Of a stretch of DNA of 64,000 nt, positions 1 to 9,703 are shown piece by piece (position 1 is the stretch's first letter; each line of letters opens with the position of its first letter). The translations under genes were made by a program, and so were the position numbers. The notes below the pieces were generated by a model. The model saw only the letters and a list, made by a program, of their open reading frames with translations. It did not search any database and was not told the DNA's origin. Source of the DNA: Azolla caroliniana (taxonomy: Eukaryota > Plantae > Polypodiophyta); the NCBI GenBank assembly GCA_043228905.1, contig JBHGNT010000011.1, positions 14,322,001-14,386,000 of the forward strand. Reading direction: 5' to 3'.

Positions 1-109
1 CTTTATATGTCGGGTGACTTATTTTTGGCAGATATCCCCGTGTCATCGTTATGGCACAGACGACTTGGACACCTCAGGTGTCATGAACACATGACCATTA
101 TGACGTCAC

Positions 110-166
110 CCGGTCTTGAACCTCGAACCTTGTAATCCATACTTGAAAACCTCAACCATTAAGATA
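110..166 (-). promoter_or_regulatory. tRNA-like Pol III internal promoter (A-box/B-box) in LTR family A copy 1
   Basis: Minus strand: TATCTTAATGG (A-box, 1 mismatch) then GGTTCAAGACC (B-box-like) ~44 nt later. The second copy has a perfect GGTTCAAGTCC. Confidence 0.6.
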
Positions 167-236
167 GCTTATTGTTATATGAAACAATAAAAGCTACTTC
201 TTGTATTACATTGATTATTGTAAAACCTCTACATTA

Positions 237-300
237 TTCTAGAATGTTCTAGAATGTCCTAGAGCATTCTAGGTCTAGAACATTCTAGAACATTCTAGAA
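237..300. promoter_or_regulatory. Heat-shock element (nGAAn alternating) array in LTR U3
   Basis: TTCtaGAAtgTTCtaGAA ... GAAcaTTCtaGAAcaTTCtaGAA, ending ~25 bp upstream of the TATA box at 326. Confidence 0.75.
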
Positions 301-3300
301 ATCTCTAAGCTATTCTATTGGAACCTATAAATAAGGGCATACATGTATTCTCAAATCAATTCGAATCAACACCAGTCTTTAGCTCTCATTACATATATTG
401 TATCCATTCTCTTTCTTTCTCTATCTTATACATCCATTCTTCTCTTAGTATTTCGTTCCTTTCTTCTCGTGTTCTCTAATATCCTTCTTCCATCACTCTA
501 TCTTTTATCCTTGGTTCTAACATTAGCAAGGCCGGCATAACGCACCTATCCAGAGCCGGCTACATCCCCAAGCTCTCCTTCTCGGATCACCAATTCTGCG
601 AGCATTGCCAGTACAACAAACAGGTAACCACATCACACCCGACATCAACACCAAGAGAATCGAGTCCCTTCGATTTGGTCCACTCGAACGTCTGTGGCCC
701 GATGCCACATCAGTCTCTCGGCAGTGCTTCGTACTTCGTCAGTTTTATTGACGACTCGACTCGGAAGGTGTGGGCTTAACCCATCAGAACCAAAGATCAG
801 GTGTTCTCGATCTTCTCCGAATGGCTTGCAATGGTCGAAAATCAGACCAATCGGAAACGGAAATGTCTTCGAACCGACAATGGAGGAGAATTCAAGTCTG
901 AAGAATTCGTCAAATTCTGCCGGGAACGCGGCATTCGACGTGAATATACGACACCCTATAGTCCGGAAAAAAACGGAATTGCTAAACACATGAATCGAAC
1001 GATTCAAGAACGCGTAGTATCCATGCTCCAACACTCCGGACTGTCGGATGGCTTCTGTGCGGAGGTTGTACTTATGGCAGTACACATAATAAATATGTCG
1101 CCAAGTAGACCTCTAGGACTTCAAATACCTCAGGAAATAGGGACCGGTAGTAAGCCGAATTATGACAAACTGAGGATCTTCGGTTGCGAGGCGTATGCTC
1201 TCATACCGAAAGACAGCCGCCGAAAACTCGAACCAAGGTCAAGGAAATGTGTTTTTCTTGGATATGGGCCCGATGGCGAGATCAGATACAAACTCTAGGA
1301 CCCCAAGCACAGACAAATCGTCCGAAATTCGAACGTCGTGTTCAACGAGTCGGCTATGCATAAAATGGCCGAAAGGCCTATTGAAGTCCGAAGGGTAATA
1401 TTTTCCAATGGGCCAACCCTTCATGACGGCCCAACCCACAACACGAGATCGGTTTCTCGGGTAACCAACAACTCTCGCACCGAATCCATCGATTCAGCAC
1501 AACTGAATGGCTCGGCTTTAGACCATCCGACATCGACACCCAGTGCGACCAGTTCAGTCATACCTCGCAGATCCGAGAGACTGTTGCAACCTCCAGAGAG
1601 GTACTCTCCCGGAATTTTCTTTACCGACGCCGGCGAACCGACGTCCTACGAAGAAGCATCGGCATCTGCCGACTCAGCCACATGGCATCTAGCGATGGAG
1701 TCGGAAATGCACTCCATTTGGGCAAACAAGACTTGGAACTTAGTCGAATTACCGAAAAATCGATGTGCTCTTCCATGTAAGTGGGTCTATCGACTAAAAG
1801 AGACGTCCGACTCGACCAACCCAAAGTACAAGGCTAGATTAGTTGCGAAGGGATTTCGACAAGAATATGGCGTCGACTTCGACGAAATCTTTTCACTAGT
1901 GGTGAAAATGACGACCCTTCGCTTCATGCTCGGCGTTGTGGCCGCCGACAACTTGGAGTTGATTTAGCTAGATGTAAAAACGGCCTTCCTCCACGGTGAC
2001 CTACAGGAGGAAATCTATATGGAGCAACCGAAAGGCTTTGTGGCATCCGGCCAGGAACATCTAGTCTGCCGACTCAGGAAGAGTCTCTACGGCCTCAAAC
2101 AGGCACCTTGACAGTGGTACAAGAAGTTTGACGACTTCATCCAATCGGTCGGCTTCTCAAAGAGCAATGAGGACCACTGTCTCTTTACCAAAACAGCTCA
2201 AGACGGGTCTTCTGTCTTCCTCATCATCTACATGGACGACATGCTCCTCTCCGGCCGGCATGCTGGAGAGCTCATCGAACTCGTTCGGAAACTGCGATTG
2301 AAGTTTGCCATGAAGGACCTTTGTTCGGACGAACACATACTTGGTATGAAGATTAGTCGGCATCGCGATAAATGACAACTTTTCTTGTCTCAAACCGACT
2401 ACATCGGACGTGTCTTGGAATGCTTCAACATGCACTCGGTCAAGTCTGCTTCGACCCCGCTCCCCATTAACCTTCGACTGTCTCAACGAGACTGCTCAAC
2501 ATCTGGTCCGGAGGGGGAAGATATGAAGTCGGTACCGTATGCACTAGCAGTTAGCTCCCTTATGTACGCGATGGTCGCGACACGGACTGTTGATATTTCT
2601 CACAACTTAGGAGTCGTCAGCAGATTCATGCACAACCCCGACCGATTGCACTGGAACGCAATCAAGCATGTGTTCAGATGTCTAGCTGGTAGAAAAGACC
2701 ACAACATTCTTTTCGGTCCAAACTCAACCTCAGGCGTAGTTGATTACACTGACTCAGACTTTGCCGGTTGTGTGGACAGTCGGAAATCAACAACCGGATA
2801 TTGTTTCAAATTCGGCAATGGAGCAATCTCGTGGAAGTCGAAACTTCAGGAGTGCACAACCACCTCAACGACCGAAGCGGAATATGTAGTTGCGTCCGAC
2901 GCGACAAAAGAAGCTTTATGGCTCGGTTGGCTGGCGCACACGTTCCGACAGGTCGACTCCGACTCGGCTCCAGTTGTCTATAGAGACAATCAGGGTGATG
3001 TTGCTTTGTCAAAAAACCCGGTTCACCACAACGCCTCCAAGCATATCGATGTTCGATATCACTTCGTTCAGGACTGCGTCATTTCAGGGAAAATCGGTCT
3101 AGAGAAGATATCCACAACCGATAATGTCGTAGATGGAATGACCAAGTGTCTTTCGGCGGATCGTTTCCCATCCCTTCAGCACCAGATGGGCGTAACGAAA
3201 AATTGGTCCGGTTAAAGTCGGACACACAACATAGGACGGTTTAGGACCACCGACATCGGTTCTCTGAGGATCGGCTTCAGCTCTTCCGACCCGACCAGTT

Positions 3301-3411
3301 CGGTCTTCTATCTTCGGATCTTGCCGACTCTGACAAAACCGATCTGTCTGATAAACCTTGTATATATACCTGTAATTCTTTAAGATAACCCATACGCCCA
3401 TTACGGGGGAG

Positions 3412-3673
3412 TGTCGAATACGAGTGTATAATGGCCGTATTCACATTGTCCCTTTGGACAACCCAAGTTCGGGCTATTTCTGTAAATAGCATAAAGGGTA
3501 GTTGCCCTAGGATAGTCACTATATAAATTGACTTTGTAACCTTTAGTGAGGGTTGTTGTTGTTTTTGTCATTTTGTAATAATTGCTATTTGGAATATAAC
3601 GTTTCCTTTGTGCCTCTCTCTCTCTCTCCCCCTCTGTGTCTATCTTGCTCATGCATACACAGGTTCTTCTTCA
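3412..3673 (+). repeat. 3' LTR of copia #1
   Basis: Starts TGTCGAAT right after the PPT. TATA ctatataaa ~3519. Ends near ..ttcttCA; the end is approximate because the 5' LTR is not in the window. Confidence 0.7.
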
Positions 3674-3717
3674 TCACGAATGTTGCTTGCACTTCCGCAT
3701 TGACGGCCTTGTCCCCA

Positions 3718-6700
3718 AAAGGTCCCCCAGGTCCTTCATGTCAAATGATGCCGTGAGCTGGAGCTTTACGTGGTCAATTTCACCTAGGTCGGCGCCGATG
3801 ATGACCAAGTCATCAACATAAAGTAAAATACTAATCGGCCCGAGTCGACCTTGCTGAATGAATAGTGAGGAGTCTGATTTGGACCTCGCAAATCCCATTC
3901 GACGCAATCGTTGCGTGATTTTTGCGTTCCAAGCACTCGTGGCTTGCTTTAGTTTGTAAAGGGACTTCTTTAACCGGCCAACCGCTGAACTGCTCATTTC
4001 GGAGTGAAATTCGGGGGGTTGTACCATGTACACTTGTTCCTCAAGCTCACCTTGCAGGAACACATTTTTTACATCCATCTGATGTAAATGCCACCCCTTT
4101 GCCACTGCTACGGCTAGCAGGACACGCACGATAGTCATCTTCGCGACATGCGCGAAGGTCTCGTCGTAGTCCACGCTGTGCTTCTGCGTGTAGCCTTTCG
4201 CTACTAGCTGAGCCGTCGATGTTGTACTTGACCTTGTACACCCACCTACATCCGATCGGGTTCACACCCTTCGGTGCGTCAACTAGGTCCCAGGTTTCAT
4301 TCTCCGCCAATGCGCGCATCTCTTCCTCCATTGCAACACGCCAATTTGCGTACTTTGCCGCTTCTGTATAGCTCTCTGGCTCACGCACTTCCGCTACACA
4401 CGTCATGTACGCATAGTGATGCGCCATGTACTCGTTGTAAACGAACCGCACAACAACATTCTTCTGGTGGGTAGATTGGCATAACTGCTCATTAGCCGAT
4501 ATTGAGGTTTTCTTGATTAACGCGGACTTCACTCTCGAAGGCCCGTCATCTCTCTTCTTGGAGTTGGATTTGCGTCGATCCAACTTGCCCTTATATGTGC
4601 CGTACTCCGGCATCTTCTTCTTCCCTTTTTCTTTGCGCGTAAACCGTCTCCTCAATTTCTTGCGCGGGGAATGCACGGCCGAGTCTCCACTACTCGCTGG
4701 CTCTTCTTCAGACTGATCAAACCAACCCAGTCGCTCGTTCGGTCCACTTAGCCGAAATGAAATCGAGGGTCTTGATTTCGCGGTCATCTGGAGGCATTTC
4801 AGCCTCGCTAATCTCATTGTCAAAACTCGGGTCCAGAGATCCGGAGTTGGAGTTGAGGTCTGTAGTCGGAGGCACGTACCAGGACGCGGACTCGTCTAAC
4901 ACAATATCGTGGCTCACGCAAGCTTGTTTGGTTTGGGGGTTATAACACTTATAACCCTTCTGTTCATCCAAATAGCTGACCAATATACACTTCTCGGCTT
5001 TCGCATCCAACTTCCTTCGTTTCTCCTTCGGCACATGCACATACGCAATCTTACTGAAAACTTTTAAGTGTCGTAGATTCAGCTTTCTTCCGAAATATAG
5101 GTCATGGCCGATACTTTGTCTTCGATCCGATTTTGGATGTAGACCGCGGTTCATACCGTTTTGGCCCAAAAGAACTTTGGCAAGTTGTTTTCTTCTAGCA
5201 TTGCCCGCGCCGCTTCCACAACTGACCGAGTTTTCCTTTCGGCTACGTCGTTTTGCTCCGGCGTATACCTGCAACTGAATTCGCGCTAAATTCCCATTTG
5301 TTGCAGATAACTGTTGAATTGGCCGGAAAAGTACTGTTTTCCGCCATTCGACCGTAGGCACTTGATCTTTCTCCCTGTTTCCCTTTCTACGAGGCTTTTG
5401 AGGTCCCGGAAATAGTCGAAGACTTCACTCTTCTTTTCAATGAGATAGATCCACATGTGCCGCGTGTAGTCGTCAATGAATGAGACAAAATATCGACTCC
5501 TGCCAAGACTAACGTTCTATGCCGGCCCCCATACATCCGAATGTATCAAGTCGAGCTTGTTCCGGCTCCGGTTATGCTCATTGGGGAAAGGAAGTCGGTG
5601 TTGCTTCCCCAGCTGGCAGGATTCACAAATTTGGGCCTTTTGACCACTGAATTTGGGCAATCCGAACACAACTTGTTTCGATTGCAAGTCTTAAAGCCTT
5701 TGATAGTTGACGTGGCCTATCCGCTTGTGCCACAAGTCGATATCCGACGCGACTTTTTGTTCTTTTGAGAACATTGCGGTGCCAACGTCATTGGTGTCAA
5801 GGATAAACATCCTCCCGTCTCTACGCCCTTGCGCAATAACTTGGACTTCGTCCTCGATGAAGCACTCGAGATGCGTGAACCAAACTTGCATCCCCTGGTT
5901 AACAATCTCCCCGACCGACACCAGATTTTTTTGTGATTGTCGGGACGTGTAACACGTTCATGAGTTTCCCTTTTTGCCTGACATGGCTCAGGGGAACTTC
6001 ACTGACATTCTCGATTGGATGCGGAGTGTCGTTTCTTGTTGCAACTACTCCCAGTTGCATCAGTTTCTCAAGGTATGAGAACCACCCCTTATGGCTCGTC
6101 ATGTGGTTTGACGCATCGGAGTCAACGTACCACACCTTGTCCGATTTCGGGGTGGTCTCCTTCATCGAGTTCGCCTTGTGTCTCATCACGAAGGTTGCCC
6201 CCTTTCCGACTTTTTCGGATCCTTCAGCATAGTGCGGTCACTGCCGATTTCCTTTGTCAGTTTGTCAGTATCTGGATCCGGTTTTCTCCGAATCGGCGCG
6301 CTTCTTCCAGCACTCGCTCTCCTTGTGGCCTTTCTTGCCACAATACCAGCATTCCACGACAGGTTTCCCTTGGCAGTTCTTGTCGCCTCGACTCCCCCTG
6401 TTTTCAGAGGGTCCGGAATTGCTGTCGGCATCACTTCAGTGCCTTCTTCCTTGATCCCGTCGGCTGCCTCCATTGTGCACCAACTCGCCTCGTCCGCCAC
6501 GACCACGAGGCCTATCTCCCTCTGTGTACAACATCTTGCTATCGGTGTGCGTACTCGTCGACGCACCCGCGTGGTTCTCCTCTATAAGGAGCATCGACTA
6601 TAGGTCGAAAAACGACGACGTATTCTCTCGCGTGCACACAACAGTTCGGAACGCTCCGAACTTCGACGCCGGTCCCCCGAGACAGATCTGCACCATCTCA

Positions 6701-7650
6701 CCTTCCTCAACATTCACATCGATGGAGGCTAAGGAGTCGCATATATCTTTGATCTTCGAGGTGTAATCAGCCACCGACAAATCGTGTTGTCGCAAGTTGC
6801 TCAACTCCTATTGGAGTTGGAGCTTTCTAGTTGTGGTGCTTGCGGCGAAAATCTTTTTCCAATTTCCCCAAGCATCCTTCGGCGTTTTCGCATCCCGAAT
6901 ATAGCTCAGAAACTGTTCACCCACACAAGACGCGAAGCAGTAGAGAACTCTGCTCGCTGATTGTTCCCAAGCCGGGAATTCTTTGTGTGTCGAATCGGGT
7001 GTTGTGTCATTTGCTTCGTCGACATAGCTCCAATATCCATGCCCGAGCAGGTATTGGTACATCTTGTACGACCAAGATGCATAGTTGTTTCTATCGAGCT
7101 TCTCGGTTGGAAGTGAGCTAGCCATGCCTCTATCCATTTTGTTTTCCTTTTTCATTACAAAGGTTAGGTTTTCTTCTCGAGCTAAGGTCGGTTGCAGAGG
7201 TTTTCAGCCCTCGCGCTCTGATACCATGTGAAAATAACAACGTGTAGAAGCAACAAAAAGCAAAACATAGGAAAACATAGGTTTAATGGAGAGCTTGAAC
7301 ACACACAATACACGGGAGAGACAAAGAGAGAGTCAATACACACAACTCTATTCAAAAAATAATACTCAATCTGTACATAGAATGTGCTTAGTGAGCACTT
7401 TTATACAAGTCCATACGGAGTGACAGAAGTACTGACACGTACTTCAATGCTCATAATTGAGCTCTACACTAACTCCTAAAATATATTCCTACGCGGAATA
7501 TCTTTCCAACGGCCTCGCGGTTTATGCACTACTACGGCTTCTCGATGCGCACCGGTTTACGCACCGATCCGGCCTAACCGATCGGTCCCAACCGATCCAG
7601 TTCTCGGCTTGCACAACCGATCCAGCCAATGTTGAGCTTGTATTTCAACA
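3718..7650 (-). mobile_element. Ty1/copia LTR retrotransposon #2 (5' LTR, gag, PR, IN, truncated RT), decayed
   Basis: PBS TGGTATCAGAGC (tRNA-iMet) at 7215-7226 (minus). gag MASSLPTEKLDRNNYASWSYKM, CCHC knuckle CWYCGKKGHKESEC ~6310-6355, PR WYVDSDASNHM, IN LWHKRIGHVN, RT LHQMDVKNVFLQG/LYVDDLVI. Truncated after DMKDLGDL. Confidence 0.95.
7227..7650 (-). repeat. 5' LTR of copia #2
   Basis: On the minus strand it starts TGTTGAAATACAAGCTC and ends CACA, abutting the PBS. The start resembles the copia #3 LTR (TGTTGAGAATCAAGCTC). Confidence 0.85.
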
Positions 7651-8950
7651 TGAATAATATCCAACAAAGGGATATATGTCCATCACAAGCTACACCTGGA
7701 AGATCAAGGAGCTTTGTGACTCGCTCGACTCGATAAGTGTCAATTGTGGGGATGATGAGATGGTGCAAATCTGCTTCGGCGGCCTTGGACCACGGTTCGG
7801 CGCGATGAGGACCGTCGTACTAGCACGGGAGAATCCTCCCTCTTTCTTCGATCTTAAATCCATGTTGTTGGTTGACAAAAACCATGTTCGAACAAGGAGC
7901 AACGCCTCGGAAGGCCACATGCTCTACATCCATTTGAACAAAGGAAGAGGATGCGGTCGAGCAAGAGGCCGATTCAGCCAAGGATGAGGCGAACGAGGCC
8001 CGACTTCCGAAAACAACTTGCAATTTCGGCAACAGGACGGAAGCGATAGAGGAACCTTCATAAGAAGGGGGAGCTTCTATTCCGGTCCGAGTCGACAAAA
8101 CTCGATCGAATGCGGATATTGCGGCAAACTCGGCCACCATGAAGAAGAGTGCCGAAAGAAGGTGCGCGAGTCGGCTGCCACTAGCTGACAACTCATGAAT
8201 TACGCCACCAACTCTGACTATGATGACCATGGCGGAATGTTCATGATGAGACATGGAGAAAATTCTATCTCGGCCTCTACTTCTACTAATGCCTCCGGTT
8301 CGGAAGACGTATGGTTCGTCGATTCCGGTGCCTCGAACCATATGACGTCACATCAAGAATGGTTCCGAGAACTTAGAGACGACACTACGCACTTGATTCG
8401 GCACATCGGCAATGTTCCGTTCGGAGAAGAAGGTAAGCAAACTTATATTAAAAATGTCTTGCATGTACCAACTATCACGAAGAATTTGGTCTCTATCGGC
8501 CAAATTGTTGAGCAAGGGATGCAAGTTCGAGGGTTGACTCATCGCTCGCAGACGAAGAGAGGGCCGAATATTCATTCTTGACTCGCACGAGATGAAATCG
8601 GCCATGTTTGCAAAAGGCACAAAAGCCGACACCAACATAGAGTTGTGGCACAAGCGGATTGACCACATCAACCTCCAAAAGCTCAAGGCAATGCAATCAA
8701 AAGGAGTCATCATCGGACTCCCGACCTTCAAAGAGAAGAGATTGAAGGCGTGTGTGCAGCTTGCCAATTCGACAAACAACATCGACACCCGTTCCCGAAG
8801 GTTTGAGAGGAACGTTGTCGGGGTAGTTGTGGTTCGTGCGGCGAAGTCGCGGGGACTAAGGTTAAGGGTAGTTGAAGAAACTTAAGTTTAATAAGGCTTG
8901 TATGGTGATGATAGAATGGTTAAGGATAGTAAGATGAAGAGTTACAAGTA

Positions 8951-8952
<2 letters not shown>

Positions 8953-9004
<52 letters not shown>

Positions 9005-9107
9005 CGAGCATAGATAAAAGATAGAGACAATGTATGATTCAAGAAAGAAGATTGAGACAAAGTATGATTCTAGAAAGAAGATTGAGACAAAGTATGATTC
9101 AAAGAAC
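8953..9107. repeat. (GT)n(GA)n microsatellite followed by three 30-bp tandem repeats within LTR family B
   Basis: Unit aagattgagacaaagtatgattcWagaaag at 9018, 9048 and 9078. Confidence 0.9.
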
Positions 9108-9205
9108 AAGAGTATATGATATAAACATGATGTATATTAAAAATATAATATTTTACCAACTTTACAATCCTTGATCGCAAGATGAATCTTTTCAATACCG
9201 ACCCT

Positions 9206-9261
9206 TGATTTGAACCCTCGAGCTCAACTTCGAAACGAGAGGTTCTCCACCCAATGAGCTA
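9206..9261 (-). promoter_or_regulatory. tRNA-like A-box/B-box module c in LTR family B
   Basis: Minus strand: TAGCTCATTGG (9261-9251) and GGTTCAAATCA (9216-9206), offset 45 nt. Confidence 0.6.
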
Positions 9262-9508
9262 GTCTTCTTTACTTGATTGTATTATTTTCTCACTCTCTCT
9301 TAATTGATTACCCTATTTTCCCCTTTATATAAGTGTTGCCATGCATATGGTAATGTATGGGAGCATGGCATGCATGCAATGCATGAGTTACATGTAATGC
9401 ATGATCGCCATTTGGCGCACATGCATTGCATGTGATGAATGATGGCTATGTATGAAAATAGATATGGGATAACTATAATGATGAAAATGCATTCTAAAAT
9501 AACTAACC

Positions 9509-9567
9509 TAGCTTAGTGGTGTATGCTTGGTGCTTGGTATACAAGGTTGAGGGTTCAAGTCCCTCAA
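9509..9567 (+). promoter_or_regulatory. tRNA-like A-box/B-box module a in LTR family B
   Basis: TAGCTTAGTGG (9509-9519) and GGTTCAAGTCC (9552-9562). T-arm-like hairpin ttgaggg-TTCAAGT-ccctcaa. Confidence 0.7.
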
Positions 9568-9644
9568 TTTTACTTAATACAATATATAGCTTCATTCTTA
9601 TATCATGAAGCACATTTATTACACACTTTTACAAATAAATAGCC

Positions 9645-9703
9645 TAGCCTAGTGGTATGTACATTGTATATCGTTTATAAGGATGTGGGTTCAAGTCTCT
9701 CAA
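9645..9703 (+). promoter_or_regulatory. tRNA-like A-box/B-box module b in LTR family B (tandem duplicate of module a)
   Basis: TAGCCTAGTGG (9645-9655) and GGTTCAAGTCT (9688-9698). Part of a ~136-bp tandem duplication. Confidence 0.65.

Larger units (their letters stand above)
79..522 (+). mobile_element. Solo LTR, family A copy 1, inserted in copia #1 integrase
   Basis: TGTCA...AACA termini. Interrupts the host reading GHL|SKAGITHL. Degenerate 5-bp TSD tcagg/ttagc. Near-identical to 13979-14387. TATA tataaat at 326. Confidence 0.9.
1..3673 (+). mobile_element. Ty1/copia LTR retrotransposon #1 (5' part outside window): decayed integrase-RT-RNase H plus 3' LTR
   Basis: GAG-pre-integrase LWHRRLGHL (49-78), integrase LRTDNGGEF and NGIAKHMNRTI (ORF 801-1298), [19 protein letters not shown] (1338-1967), RNase H DSDFAG/STTEAEY/KHIDVRYHF (2385-3215). 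In-frame stops and frameshifts present. PPT ttacggggga-g at 3401-3411. Confidence 0.95.

Noticed and set aside
343-540. Hydrophobic 65-aa ORF (and start of ORF 14243-14755) as a membrane protein
   Set aside because: Translation of CT-rich LTR R/U5 sequence. The frame is not preserved between the two copies.
9018-9107. 30-bp repeats as a CRISPR array
   Set aside because: Contiguous tandem units with no spacers, inside a eukaryotic LTR.
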